Shown in pieces: positions 11,185-22,509 of a stretch of 64,000 nt of DNA. The position numbers and the translations under genes are program-made. The notes under the pieces are model-generated. The model saw only the letters and a list, made by a program, of their open reading frames with translations, ran no database searches and was not told where the DNA came from. This DNA is from an uncultured Nitrososphaerota archaeon (lineage in GTDB: Archaea; Thermoproteota; Nitrososphaeria; Nitrososphaerales; CADDZS01), in contig CAWCYI010000004.1 in the NCBI GenBank assembly GCA_963799845.1, positions 1,696,001-1,760,000 on the forward strand, written 5' to 3'. How positions within the stretch are numbered: position 1 is the stretch's first letter; every line of letters begins with the position of its first letter.

Positions 11185-11319
11185 GAAGTAGTTTGGAGTA
11201 AAAATCAATCGAGAAAAGGATTATCGTTCGGTGGGCTCGTCCTGGACTGGTTACTGACCTCAGACACGGAACTGCTCAGTCTTCGCTTGACGACTCATCA
11301 AGTACAGCCGAGATCTTTC

Positions 11320-11637
11320 TTACGCCAAGGCAGTTTCAAGTTCCTTGTCGTATTCCATCCTCGAAATCACGAGACATTTATGCCGAATTGTGTGGATGGG
11401 GCAGAGGAAAGAGCCGCACGCACAATAAAATGACGCTATTTCCTTTGAAGAAAGTTCTTCGGCGAGACACACGAGGCAATAAATCGTTTTCCCGATAACT
11501 TTTATCGACTGTCTAACTTTCTTTGAAGGCTCGGCATAATCGAGCTGCTCATCGTTCCTTTCCGTGTCGTTTCCCTTTTCGTTCTTATTGTTGTCTATCA
11601 GGTAAAAAGAAATTATGAGTTTTAGAGACGTATTCAA
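11320..11637 (-). CDS. B-box-like zinc-finger microprotein (paralog of 25036..25257)
   Basis: QSIKVIGKTIYCLVC...FYCACGSFLCPIHTIRHKC; start uncertain. Confidence 0.7.
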   Translation of the reverse strand: MNTSLKLIISFYLIDNNKNEKGNDTERNDEQLDYAEPSKKVRQSIKVIGKTIYCLVCLAEELSSKEIASFYCACGSFLCPIHTIRHKCLVISRMEYDKELETALA

Positions 11638-11908
11638 GTTAGGATATTAGAGCACCTTTATTGAAAGCTGGAGCTCGGCTTCATTGCTTGAATCATTAAC
11701 ACTTACGGATTGATCAACCCTTCTTGCAACAATTATTAGCTCTTCTTGACTCTAGTAATCTAACTGCTTGGCCCGATTTCACTCCCATGAAAATCTAGTT
11801 CTCGACTTTCAGATGATGACCGGACTTCGATCTGGCTGATTTCCTTTTCGAGAACCAGTCACAAGACAGGATAACAATTAAGACTTCACGATTTTCAAAT
11901 CTGTTCCG

Positions 11909-12436
11909 ATGAAGATTCTAGGAATCTCAGGAAGCAACCGAAGGGGATCATTCAACACAGCTCTTCTTGAGGAAGCGAGGAGAATGGTTCCGGAGGGTAG
12001 TACTCTTGGAATTTTTGACGTGTCAACTTTTCCACTATTTTCACAAGACATCGAGCGAAACCCGCCTGAAATTGTCCGCGAATTCAAACAATCTATCAGA
12101 GCGGCGGACGCAATTCTGATCGCTTCTCCCGAACACAACTACACAATCTCTGCCGTGCTAAAGAACGCGATCGAGTGGGGCAACAGACCCGGCGAAGACA
12201 ATTCTTGGGACGGCAAGCCGGCGGCAATAATCAGTGCGTCAAGCGGTGTCAGGGGAGGCGTCAGGTCGCAACTGCATCTCAGGCAGATAATGGTTGATCT
12301 TAACATGTATCCAATCAACGACCCGGAACTCCTGCTCGGAGGGGCGAGAGAAGCTTTTGATAGTGATTTGAGGCTAAAGGACGAAGCTGCAAAACAGCTG
12401 TTGAGAAAGGTCCTCGAAAATCTCGAAAATAAATAA
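11909..12436 (+). CDS. NADPH-dependent FMN reductase (ChrR/SsuE family)
   Basis: GISGSNRRGSFN, SPEHN, LKNAIEW, GKPAAI. Confidence 0.92.
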   Translation: MKILGISGSNRRGSFNTALLEEARRMVPEGSTLGIFDVSTFPLFSQDIERNPPEIVREFKQSIRAADAILIASPEHNYTISAVLKNAIEWGNRPGEDNSWDGKPAAIISASSGVRGGVRSQLHLRQIMVDLNMYPINDPELLLGGAREAFDSDLRLKDEAAKQLLRKVLENLENK

Positions 12437-12460
12437 CTAGTGACTCAACAACGAGGGGAC

Positions 12461-13655
12461 TTGGAAGACGACACGACCTAGCGATAATATTGTCTCGGGG
12501 AGATCTGTCGCAGCTCTTGTCGCCGCGCGATCCGTGTACGCCATAAACTGGCTGAACGTCGGCGCGATATACTATCTGATGGAGGCCGATCTGAAGGGCG
12601 GGGTCTCAGGGCTGGGAACGTTGACATCGAGTTTCTATCTCGGCATCGGGCTGCTGCAGGTTCCGGGAGGAATCCTCGCAGCAAAGTGGGGTCCAAAGAG
12701 AGTCGTGACGATTGGCATCATGGTATCCTCTTTTTCTTCGATTGGCGTGGCAGCTGCTTCGTCCATCACTGAGGCATCAATCCTGAGGTTTCTAGTTGGA
12801 GCTGGGATGGCGTTCGTATTCTCTCCTTCAATCGTCATCGCGGCCAGTTATTTAGGACATCACAGGTCAGGCATCAACGTGGGGCTGTTCAACTCTGCAT
12901 ACAGTGTGGGAGGAATTTTTGGTTTATTCGGATGGACAATCATTGCAACTGTCACCAGTTGGCGACCCAGCATTGTATTGAGCGGGGCGCTCGGAGTGAT
13001 TACCGGAATCCTAGTATTATTTGTGGTACCAAACGAGCACAATCTCTCCTTCAAGGTCGATACATCTAGATTGGTGAATATACTGAAGGACAAGAGCCTG
13101 ATATTGCTGGGAGTTGGAACTCTCAGCCTAACAACAGGAAACAATCTGATAGGGGCATTCATGGCTTACTATCTCGAAACCAATCTTGGAGTAGCCTCGA
13201 TTCCGGCATCATTGGTTGCTGCAATCGTTGTAGCAATGCCGATTTTCTCCGCTCTGATAGGTGGGAGAGAATACGACAGGACGAAAAAGCCCAGACTACT
13301 CATGATCGTTACTGACTTTGGAATTGCCAGTGCCTTAGTAATATGTGCGGTACATAGTCTAGACGCAGCAATAGTCGGCTGTACTGTAGCAGGCATCGTT
13401 TTTGGGATCGGATTGACAACCGCTTTTGCAGCTGCGAAAGATCTCAACAAGGAACCGAAGGAGTACGATACCCTTGCAATCTCCTGGGTGAACAGCCTAT
13501 CCCTCTTCGGAAATTTTGGGCCACCGCTCATTTTCTCTTATCTCGCGATTTCGTCGGGCTATACTGCGGCGTGGCTCGGCGGTTCAGCGATTGTGATTAT
13601 TCTGCTAATTCCACTGTTTTTCCTGACTGAAGGAATTGTTAGAAAGAGTTCTTGA
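12461..13655 (+). CDS. MFS transporter (probable TTG start at 12461 with one extra base near 12477)
   Basis: 12-TM pattern, QVPGGILAAKWGPK; first helix RSVAALVAARSVYAINW lies upstream of the called GTG; GAGGGG precedes the TTG. Confidence 0.85.
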
Positions 13656-13875
13656 TTTCTGATTTTCGTCAGCAGAGCTTCCGAATTCTGGAAAAGAAAT
13701 TCATCTTTATCTCGTTGCGTGATGAACGCATTTCCACTCTCGTATTAGTCACATTTGACTTTCGATTGATCGTTGGGTGCTTTTGGGGGTAGAAGTCGGC
13801 CTTTATGACGTTCATCACGATATCGACTGCATCTTGGCGTGCAAGTTGCAACCCATCCTTGCGCACTGATTTTTT

Positions 13876-14235
13876 CTACCACTTGAAAAAATATCCTCGC
13901 TTACGAATCTCGGAATCAATTTCTTGTTTTCTAGCTCTTACGACTTTGGCAAAATTAATTAAACCCACGTCTGACCAACGCTTCAATTCTTTGGGAGTCA
14001 AGATCCAGTCAAACCGTGGACTTCCCAAGATTTCCGATCCTTTATCAAGAAACTCATCCATCTTTCGCCCTTCCTTGATACTAGACCGTGTCTTGACAAA
14101 CTCTGCTAGCGCCATACGAAATATGCTCGTAATGTCTCGTCCTTCGTTCTTTGCTATACTTAACGCGGCGTCAAGCACTTGCTTGTCTTGGGCGCGCATG
14201 TTAACGGGAATTGTCCATCGCGGCTGTGGCGCCAT
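13876..14235 (-). CDS. Ribbon-helix-helix (CopG-like) DNA-binding protein
   Basis: WTIPVNM-RAQDKQVLDAALSIAKNEGRDITSIFRMALAEFV strand-helix-helix pattern. Confidence 0.6.
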   Translation of the reverse strand: MAPQPRWTIPVNMRAQDKQVLDAALSIAKNEGRDITSIFRMALAEFVKTRSSIKEGRKMDEFLDKGSEILGSPRFDWILTPKELKRWSDVGLINFAKVVRARKQEIDSEIRKRGYFFKW

Positions 14236-14345
14236 TCTTGAACCAAGCACCGTCCCAAACTAAAAGCGATGAATGCGTGTATGCATGCACTGCTGCCTTA
14301 CCACTAATACCTTGTTACGGGGCGTCAATTGCTTTTTCCTTCCTC

Positions 14346-14819
14346 TTATTCTATCACAATTGCATCTTCATGAATCACGTACCTCGGGCTCCAATTATTC
14401 CCCTCCATAGCCGACCTGAGTAGTCCCTTCCGCGTTATTCTCCAAATGACTGCTGGTTGATCTTCATCGACAGCATAGATTTCCCCCTTCAGAACAAGAT
14501 TTTTCTTTGCAAACTTGATGACGCTGTCAACTATCTTCTTCCTTGAAGCGGAATACCTTGCCCTGCGATCGTCATCGTTAAGTTTGGGATACCAGACTCC
14601 GCCACTTACCTCTCGCAATGCGTCTCTTGTACGGACGCCATTTTGCGAGTTTTTGGCGAGGACTCTCAATATTGGAATTTCTGGACTTGTAGCTGCCGGC
14701 GAGGTTGCTCGTACCTTAACAATTATCTTTGTTGCTCCGATTCTCTTACGTTTAGTCGTATGATCACTTGTTGTCTTTTTTGCTGCTGACTTCTTTCTTG
14801 TTAGTTGAACTTCTTCCAT
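14346..14819 (-). CDS. Stand-alone Mrr N-terminal-like winged-helix protein
   Basis: PILRVLA...LNDDDRRARY...VIKFAKKNLVLKGEI...WRITRKG; no nuclease domain. Confidence 0.6.
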   Translation of the reverse strand: MEEVQLTRKKSAAKKTTSDHTTKRKRIGATKIIVKVRATSPAATSPEIPILRVLAKNSQNGVRTRDALREVSGGVWYPKLNDDDRRARYSASRKKIVDSVIKFAKKNLVLKGEIYAVDEDQPAVIWRITRKGLLRSAMEGNNWSPRYVIHEDAIVIE

Positions 14820-15107
14820 TTCTTATCGGTTCAAGAACCGCTTCTCAACTAACGTCTTCCATTAGGGTTGTGGTCACTATTCGCAGATGGGCTCGTCTGC
14901 AATAGCTAAAGTTGGGCGGATATCAGGGTATGTCATGTCATTGTGACAACACATCGAGACTTGCGAAATATTGAGATTCGTCCGGCGACTTGAAGCTGAC
15001 GACTGTGAAACGACACAAACAGACCTAATATTTTGAAAGAAATCGCTAAGATAAGACATCGAAATCGAGGCTGATCACTTGAATCGAAAAACAAAATTAT
15101 TCTATTT

Positions 15108-16167
15108 TCATGTTTTCTTAAATGCATATGAATAGCTGGGACTTACAACTTTACCGCCATCCACGATTAGATAATCTCTTTCGATCTGTCGGTTGTCAAG
15201 AAAACGAGTTAGAGAATCGAGGACGCCATCGGCGTAACGCTTCTGCGCCTCAAGTGATGTACCAGAGACGTGGGGTGTCATCGCATGATTTGGCATGTGT
15301 CGCCAAGGGTGGTCAGGAGGAGCGGGTTGAGGATACCACACATCTCCCGCGTATCCCGCGAGGTGTCCGCTTTCCATGGCTTCAACAAGAGCGTGTGTAT
15401 TCACAATCTTCCCCCGGGCAGTGTTCACCAAATAAGCTCCCTTTTTCATCTTGAAAAGTCGCTCCCGATTGAACAGGCCGTCGGTTTCCGGAGTCAGCGG
15501 GCAATGGATTGATATCACGTCGCACTGCGGAATCAGATCGTCCAAGAGAGCGTACCGTATGCCCAAAACGTGTTCCTCAACAGGTCCTGAGGCGCCTAAA
15601 ATCATAGTACAGCATTGAAACGTCGAACGCCCTAAGCCTGATGGCAAGTCTCTGACCGATCCTGCCGGCGCCGACAATTCCCACTGATTTTCCCTCGAGA
15701 TCGTGGGACTTTGAGGCAATTTCTCCAATGTCCCATCCCCCTTCAATTACGTCCTTGTACGCGGGCATGTAGTTTCTTACGAGTGCTAAAATTTGCATTA
15801 CCGCATGTTCAGCAACGCTGACTACATTGCACCCGGTTATCTCTGCTACCGTGACATTGTGCTCCGCCGCAGCGGCGAGGTCGATGTGATCAGAACCAAC
15901 TCCGGCGGTCAGAACGAGTCGAAGCTTCCGGGCATTTGCAATCCTTTCTTTGGTCACATAAGCCGGCCAGAAGGGAGTGGTTATCAAGACATCAGTGTCT
16001 GGAAGTTCCTTGTCGAGACCCTCTTCTTTGTCAGACGACGAAATAAACTCGATTCCTTTCTTCTGAAGAAATGGACGCAACCCTAGCGCGTTCTCGGCAC
16101 ACCCCAAAAGCTCGGGAGTCTGTTTTGCAGCAGGACCACCTGGATAGAGAATTGCAACGATTTTCAA
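15108..16167 (-). CDS. fdh: NAD-dependent formate dehydrogenase (one extra base near 15589)
   Basis: LLGCAENALGLR, TTPFWPAY, AGVGSDHIDL, GAGRIG, GDVWYPQPAPPDHPWR, MTPHVSG; span 1060 = 3n+1. Confidence 0.92.
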
Positions 16168-16389
16168 ATGTCTTCGACGGCACTAGGTCGAGAAATTCCC
16201 GGTAATAAATCACTTACGATTCAATCAACATCCGAGTTTTCAAGCTTTGAGTTTGCCCCGTCTTCGATCAATCATCATTTGGATATATCCCCGTTAGGAA
16301 AAACACCATTTGGGCATCTTTCGATATACGTATTGACGATAGTTGAACCTTAATAGTTCTCGAGTGGTATTTGTCCCAGTCTTTCCGGT

Positions 16390-17433
16390 TTGAGCGTCCA
16401 GCCAGCCCGAGGCATTGTGGGGTTTTTCAAGAGTCACACGATTTTACTTCTACTGATCCTCAGCCCCGGCATCCCCGAATACCTCTCGGGCTCCAGCGCT
16501 CTAAATTCGATCGTTCTGAACCCGATTTGGTTTGTTCTCGGCATCGTGGCCAACTTGGGTCTCTACGGCCCGGGAGTCTTGCTCATTAGAGAAGCGAACG
16601 TGCGGTGGCACAAGGGATGGGGGACGGTACTCTTGCTCGGCGCAGCCTACGGGATTCTCGAAGAGGGGATCGCTCTTAGCACGTTGTTCAATCCAACAGC
16701 AGGACCTGTAGGCCAACTTGGATTTTACGGCCACTGGCTCGGCGTGAACTGGATCTGGACTTCGGGGATTTTGACCGTGCACATGCTGTTCAGCATCTCC
16801 CTGCCAATTCTCCTTCTCGGGCTCACACTCCCGGAGACCAACGGGAAAAGCCTACTGAAATCCGACAGATCGATCGCGACTGCAATCGGCATTCTTTTCT
16901 TCGACGTGCTCATTCTGTTTTTCTTTATCCTTTTCGCAGAGCACTTCTGGATGGGAGCGCCGGTCTTTGCTTTCAGTTTCCTCGCCATAATCACTCTCAT
17001 CTACCTAGCCCGTAGGGCACCCGCGAGTGCTCTAACTCCGCGAAACGACAAACCAACAAAGAGTCCTTTCTGGTTTGGACTGATAGGCGCTTCATTTTAT
17101 CCCGCGATTCTTTTCTCAGAGTTCGGAGGGATGGGATTGCACCTGCCAGCGGTGATCGACGCTGCTCTGGTTGTAGCCGTTCAGGCTCTTTACCTAGTAC
17201 TTGTTCTGAGGATAGTCGGACAATCAAATAACGAACGAAACCTAATTGCACTCGCAGTAGGTCTGATAATCCCAATCGCTTTGTTCGGAATTATCTCAGA
17301 GATTCATCTGCCGATAATACTGGCCGGAGATCTCGTGGCAGGGATTTTCTTTTGGAAGCTGTGGAAAAAATATCCGCCAACAGATAGGATCGCCTCTCAG
17401 AACAAATCTGACCAGATTCGCATAAACAATTAA
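16390..17433 (+). CDS. Conserved-looking multi-pass membrane protein
   Basis: SPGIPEYLSGS, AYGILEEG motifs; about 9-10 TM. Confidence 0.75.
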   Translation: MSVQPARGIVGFFKSHTILLLLILSPGIPEYLSGSSALNSIVLNPIWFVLGIVANLGLYGPGVLLIREANVRWHKGWGTVLLLGAAYGILEEGIALSTLFNPTAGPVGQLGFYGHWLGVNWIWTSGILTVHMLFSISLPILLLGLTLPETNGKSLLKSDRSIATAIGILFFDVLILFFFILFAEHFWMGAPVFAFSFLAIITLIYLARRAPASALTPRNDKPTKSPFWFGLIGASFYPAILFSEFGGMGLHLPAVIDAALVVAVQALYLVLVLRIVGQSNNERNLIALAVGLIIPIALFGIISEIHLPIILAGDLVAGIFFWKLWKKYPPTDRIASQNKSDQIRINN

Positions 17434-17548
17434 TTTCGTGGATCTCTCTAGTCAGGCTGTCCCTCGAGTTTCTGAAAGTGCATTTTTTGTAATCTCGTGC
17501 GCTTAAGAAAACATCAAAAGAGGATTCAGCTTACATCGCTCGTCAGAT

Positions 17549-18136
17549 TTGAGAAAGGAAAGAAAGTTTCTGATTGCAGCAGTAGGATCGCTTTTTGTTG
17601 GATTGATTTTGCTGGCGATCGCTTTTTCCCAGATAACTCAGAGTGCTTCCATCCTCAACACGACCGTCGATCTGAAAGCAGCTTCTCCCTATGGCTCCTA
17701 CGGGGTCTCAGCAAATTACTTCCTAAAAGGGAACAGCAACGGCACCATGAAAGGGAGCCTTCAGAGTTCTCAGTGCTGCGTAGATTTTTACATTTTCACC
17801 GATTCTTCGTGGAACAACTGGATTCCGAATAATCTCACGATAACTAATTCTTCAAACTCCCCAGTCCTCACAGTGAATTCATCTGCAATTGATTCCAAGA
17901 GCGGAGTCCCAGCATCTTTCTCTTTCATCCTAGATCCGAGCGCAACCTACATTCTGGCGTTCTACAACCTCAATAGATCTCTATGGAACAGCAGTTCCAA
18001 GGCCGTGTATCAAATAAAGTCCTACATTAGCATCGAGTATTCAGCAGCTCCTGACAAGTTTCTGATCTATCCCGCTGTCACCTTGCTGGCGCTTGCGATG
18101 ATATTGATCTTCGTGAGGACGAGATATCCCCGATAA
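17549..18136 (+). CDS. Membrane-anchored protein (N- and C-terminal TM, extracellular beta domain)
   Basis: TM, Ser/Asn-rich domain, TM. Confidence 0.65.
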   Translation: MRKERKFLIAAVGSLFVGLILLAIAFSQITQSASILNTTVDLKAASPYGSYGVSANYFLKGNSNGTMKGSLQSSQCCVDFYIFTDSSWNNWIPNNLTITNSSNSPVLTVNSSAIDSKSGVPASFSFILDPSATYILAFYNLNRSLWNSSSKAVYQIKSYISIEYSAAPDKFLIYPAVTLLALAMILIFVRTRYPR

Positions 18137-18244
18137 CTTTCCTCTTTTTTTTCGAAATCCACAGGGAGCTTGAGATCGCCATATCTAGAACCAAGATATG
18201 ACATGAAATCCTTTTTTCCCTAATTATAGGAAAAGGAGAAATGA

Positions 18245-18628
18245 ATGGAAAGGGAGGCCGCGAGAGTGATAATCAGAGTCAAGATGAATATTTGTAACAC
18301 CCAGGAGCCAACAAGATGCACAGGTGATATAGAAGCAATTGTAGATAGCGGCTCCTTCAATACATGTATTCCGAAGGAACGAGCTCAAGCGATTGGATTG
18401 CTAGAGCTTGGGTACAAGAGATTTAGGACGATCAGTGGAGAAATTGTGGAGCGCCCATACGGAGCCGGGGTCTGCACCGTCGACGGCGCAAGAGGAGTAA
18501 GTGAAGTCGTATTCGGCGAAGCTTCCGATGCGACAGTTCTTGGGGCGCTGACGATTGAGGAACTTGGAATCAAGATCGACCCCAGGAACGGTAGGATAAC
18601 TAGGGAAGATGTGTTCCTCGCAGTCTAG
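18245..18628 (+). CDS. Clan AA (retropepsin-like) aspartic protease
   Basis: IVDSGS catalytic motif and VLGALTIEELG. Confidence 0.85.
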   Translation: MEREAARVIIRVKMNICNTQEPTRCTGDIEAIVDSGSFNTCIPKERAQAIGLLELGYKRFRTISGEIVERPYGAGVCTVDGARGVSEVVFGEASDATVLGALTIEELGIKIDPRNGRITREDVFLAV

Positions 18629-18749
18629 CAACAAAGTACCGCGGCAATAATTTTTTACCCACTTTGGATCAGTCCAAGCTTGCCTTTTTGCAATGCTACG
18701 AATACTTACATTCCTACTCGACGAAATCAGGCAGTTTTAGAATTTCCCG

Positions 18750-18898
18750 TAGGTCCATCTCCCTCTTCGTGTACCTGTGTACCCTCTTTGATTATCGAAG
18801 ACATTCTCTCACTTTCATTGATTTATTATGCAAATATTGACTACGTGCGCAACGGTGCAATTCTGCGTACCGAAGAGCTTGAAACGAGCTCTGTTGGC
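18750..18898 (-). repeat. Dispersed non-coding repeat, copy 1 (core AGAGCT-TGAAACG-AGCTCT at 18874-18892)
   Basis: Inverted homology to 27527-27670: 21/22 and 12/12 arms, plus AATCAATGA and ACAGGTACRCGAA blocks at matching spacing. Confidence 0.8.
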
Positions 18899-19028
18899 AA
18901 ATTCTAATGCCATGGTAGAGAATGGAGCTGCTTTTTCATCAACTGGCTAGAGTTGCTCTAACTCCGTATACTTCAGGTAGTCTTGTACCCGCAGACCTGA
19001 AAATCACCCAGATGGCAAATAGCGCCGA

Positions 19029-19277
19029 TCAAATATGAGGAATCGGGTGATAGCTGTCCAGCTCAACTTCTTCAAAGACAAACTGATCGTTGAATGACTC
19101 CCAATCTTCTCTTGAGATTTTTGCCCTGATTTTTTCAATAGCTGTTTCGCGCGAAGAGAACACTCCAAAGATCATATCCACGACGGTCTCACTGTCAGTC
19201 GCAGCTTGCCACTGCGATGGCCAGTAGGCGATCCAGAGATTCACTGATTCCATCCCATATTCTCGGGATCTTCCCAT
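19029..19277 (-). CDS. Hypothetical small protein
   Basis: IFGVFSSRETAIE...EEVELD pattern. Confidence 0.5.
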   Translation of the reverse strand: MGRSREYGMESVNLWIAYWPSQWQAATDSETVVDMIFGVFSSRETAIEKIRAKISREDWESFNDQFVFEEVELDSYHPIPHI

Positions 19278-19424
19278 ATCAAATCTGTTTCCGTCAATTG
19301 CCAGAGTTTCTATCCAAAATGAGCTAGGTTCGTCGCCCTCTACTTAAATAACGTGAAATCTAAAATTTCTCCGCCCAATTTTTTTGGGCATACATTTCCT
19401 CAAAAAATTAGAAGTGATAGAAAA

Positions 19425-20678
19425 GTGTCAAGCAAAGAATTGAATCCTTACGACAACGCAATGAAACAATTAAGCAGCACCGCCAGAATAATCGGTCTCG
19501 ACGCGGACATCCTCGAGACGCTGTCCCAGCCGAAGAGAATCCTTTCGGTCTCTCTGCCGGTCAGACTGGATAACGGCAGGATCAAGAATTTCCAGGGTTA
19601 TCGAGTGCAGTACAGCGACGCGAGGGGGCCCTTCAAGGGAGGGATAAGGTACCACCCCAACGTTTCCCTCGACGAAGTTAAGGCGCTTGCCACCTGGATG
19701 ACTTGGAAGTGCGCGGTCGTTGATATCCCGTACGGCGGCGCAAAGGGCGGAGTAATTTGCGATCCGAAGAACATGTCGCTTCGGGAAAAGGAGAGGCTAA
19801 CGAGGAGATATACGTCAGCCATTGCAGATTTCATCGGACCCCGCAAAGATATTCCGGCGCCCGACGTCTACACCGATCCGCAGACGATGGGCTGGATTCT
19901 CGACACATACAGCCAGATTCACGGGTTCCCGGTTCCGGAAGTCGTGACGGGAAAACCAATTTCATTAGGCGGTTCTGAAGGGCGAAACAACTCTACCGCC
20001 CGCGGTTGCGTGATTTGTGCTCGCGAAGCGGCAAAAGTAACTAAACTACCGCTGAAAGGGGCGAGCGCCGCGGTTCAGGGATACGGCAACGCAGGCTCGT
20101 GGGCTGCAGTATTCTTGAAAGAACTTGGCGTGAAAGTTGTCGCTGTCAGCGATTCGAAGGGAGGAATCATGTCCAAATCGGGACTTGATCCTGCAAAGGT
20201 GCAATCATACAAGGACAAGACAGGATCAGTTGTGGGTCTGGAGGGAACTTCGGAAATCAGCAACGAAGAACTCCTAGAGTCGGACGTGGACATCCTGATC
20301 CCCGCCGCGCTTGAAAACGCCATAACTGCAAAGAATGCTCCGAACGTCAAGGCGAAGATTATTTGCGAAGCCGCAAACGGGCCGACGACGCCGGATGCCG
20401 ACAAGATCCTCGCCAAAAACAAGGTCTTCTTGGTACCCGATATCCTAGCGAATTCGGGCGGCGTTACGGTCAGCTACCTTGAATGGGTCCAGAACCTGTC
20501 CAGAGAACACTGGACTGAAGAGGCGGTGAACCAGAAGTTAGAGCAAAAGATGGTCTCCGGGTTCAAGGGAGCATACGAAGCTTCGATGAAGTACGGCGTC
20601 GAAATGAGGGACGGTGCGCTCGCTGTCTCCATCGGCCGCGTAGCTGACGCGATAAAGACTCTGGGAATGTGGCCGTGA
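19425..20678 (+). CDS. gdhA: Glutamate dehydrogenase
   Basis: GPFKGGIRYH, KCA...GGAKGG, PAPDV, QGYGNAG, EAANGP, PDILANSGGV. Confidence 0.96.
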   Translation: MSSKELNPYDNAMKQLSSTARIIGLDADILETLSQPKRILSVSLPVRLDNGRIKNFQGYRVQYSDARGPFKGGIRYHPNVSLDEVKALATWMTWKCAVVDIPYGGAKGGVICDPKNMSLREKERLTRRYTSAIADFIGPRKDIPAPDVYTDPQTMGWILDTYSQIHGFPVPEVVTGKPISLGGSEGRNNSTARGCVICAREAAKVTKLPLKGASAAVQGYGNAGSWAAVFLKELGVKVVAVSDSKGGIMSKSGLDPAKVQSYKDKTGSVVGLEGTSEISNEELLESDVDILIPAALENAITAKNAPNVKAKIICEAANGPTTPDADKILAKNKVFLVPDILANSGGVTVSYLEWVQNLSREHWTEEAVNQKLEQKMVSGFKGAYEASMKYGVEMRDGALAVSIGRVADAIKTLGMWP

Positions 20679-20849
20679 TCTGTTGGTTCGAGGGATTCGG
20701 CTCGCAGGCCGATCCCTCTGAATTGCGGCATTAATCTTAGAGCAGGCCAACCAAAGATGTGGAACAATTCTGGACCGGCTCTCTGAATAATTTTAGAAAA
20801 TAATAATCTCGCGAGACCGTTATATAGGACGCTCATCGATGAGCGCGGC

Positions 20850-22463
20850 GTGGCATCGTCACCCGCCCCAGAAGAAAAGAAGCAAGTTTTTGTCAGAAAC
20901 GCGACCGGTCTAACAAAGTCGCTGTCTCCCTTTGATCTCTTCAACCTGAGTTACGGCCAGATAATGCCCGCCGTGGGCATTGTATTCATCGTATCTCTAA
21001 GCCCATTTGCCTTCCCCCAGAGCAATATGTTTCTCGCGTTCCTGATTGCGATTCCGCTCGTCGGGCTGGGTCCCGCACTGCTATACTCGATGCTGGGAGC
21101 CGCGATGCCGAGGACGGGAGGAGATTACGTGTATGTCAGCAGGGTGATTCATCCGGCCCTGGGATTCATGACGAACTGGCTGTTTACTCTAACGGTGATC
21201 AGTTTCATTGGAGACGCAGGATATGTATTTCCCTCAAGCGCTCTAAATATCTTCGTCGCCACGATCGGTCAGATGACGGGAAATCAATCGCTCGTTGCAA
21301 ACTCGGTCTGGTTCACAACGCACACTGGTGAAATCGCAACCGGAACGATACTCATACTGGGGGTTACGATATTGATGGTTTTGGGGCGTGCCGTTTGGAA
21401 CTTTATGAAAATCCTATTCTTCATAGTCATGCTCGGAACAATCGTCAACATCATTTACCTGCTTACCGTTTCCAACGCGACTTTCATCACCACCTTCAAC
21501 AACATGTTCGCGTCTCAAGGAATCTCATATCAAGGTCTCATCAATAGCGCCGTGACCGCCGGGTACAAAACTGGCTGGACATTTTCGGGAACTATCGGCG
21601 GTCTCGTCTACGCGATGGCTGGCCTCATCGGTTTCAACTTCGCTGCCTACAGCGCGGGAGAGGCAAAGTCTTCATCCAAGAGCATGCCACTTGCGATCGT
21701 TGGAAGCCTCATAATAGGAGGCGTGCTGTTTTCCGCCTGGGCTTTTGGGATTTACCACGCGTTCGGCTATGATTTCTTCTCCGCGACAAACTATCTGGCG
21801 AACTGCGGTTGCTCTTCCGTTGTACTGCCGATCCCGGTTTCTGTGAACTCGCTTTTCACAATACTCCAGCAGAATCCGATTCTTGAAATCCTGGGAGCTC
21901 TGGCGTTCGGTCTCGCGTGGATCTGGCTGACTCCCACCGACTTTATTCCGGTCGTGCGAAACATGTTCGCCTGGTCGTTTGATCGCGTCGGCCCGGAGCA
22001 GCTCGCGGATGTCAACCCGAGGTTCGGCTCGCCTGTAAAGGCAATCCTGCTCACGGCAGGTCTGGGAGAGTTGCTTCTCATCCTCTTTGTCTACACCAAT
22101 TTTGGCGTCGCATTCGCAAACACTACAATCCTCCTGAATCTGGTCTTCTTCATCACGAGCTTTGCGGGGATACTTTTTCCGTACAGGGCAAAGGCGGTGT
22201 TCGAACAGTCGCCCCGTTGGGTGAAGGCAAAGATCGGCAACATACCGATTATTACTTTGGTCGGAATTTTCTCCGCCATAGTGCAGTCAATACTCCTCTA
22301 CGGCTCTTTCACGAACGCGTTCATCGGAGGTGCGCCCGCATCGTACCCAATCGCGGGTGGGCTTGCGGTTGCAGGACTGGTCATCTTCTACGTTGCAAAG
22401 GCGTACCGGAAAAGCAAGGGAATAAACTTGGATCTTGTGTTCAAGGAAATCCCGCCGGAATAA
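20850..22463 (+). CDS. APC-family amino acid permease
   Basis: FVRNATGL, MPRTGGDYVYVSR, FAWSFDR, FKEIPPE; 12 or more TM. Confidence 0.92.
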   Translation: MASSPAPEEKKQVFVRNATGLTKSLSPFDLFNLSYGQIMPAVGIVFIVSLSPFAFPQSNMFLAFLIAIPLVGLGPALLYSMLGAAMPRTGGDYVYVSRVIHPALGFMTNWLFTLTVISFIGDAGYVFPSSALNIFVATIGQMTGNQSLVANSVWFTTHTGEIATGTILILGVTILMVLGRAVWNFMKILFFIVMLGTIVNIIYLLTVSNATFITTFNNMFASQGISYQGLINSAVTAGYKTGWTFSGTIGGLVYAMAGLIGFNFAAYSAGEAKSSSKSMPLAIVGSLIIGGVLFSAWAFGIYHAFGYDFFSATNYLANCGCSSVVLPIPVSVNSLFTILQQNPILEILGALAFGLAWIWLTPTDFIPVVRNMFAWSFDRVGPEQLADVNPRFGSPVKAILLTAGLGELLLILFVYTNFGVAFANTTILLNLVFFITSFAGILFPYRAKAVFEQSPRWVKAKIGNIPIITLVGIFSAIVQSILLYGSFTNAFIGGAPASYPIAGGLAVAGLVIFYVAKAYRKSKGINLDLVFKEIPPE

Positions 22464-22509
22464 GCTCGACAGCAATTTCTTTTCAGCTCGTAGGTGGCGA
22501 AGCAGTTTC

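Noticed and set aside
16231-16250. Further copy of the AGCT palindrome (GAGTTTTCAAGCTT)
   Set aside because: Only a partial core and none of the flanking blocks; could be chance.
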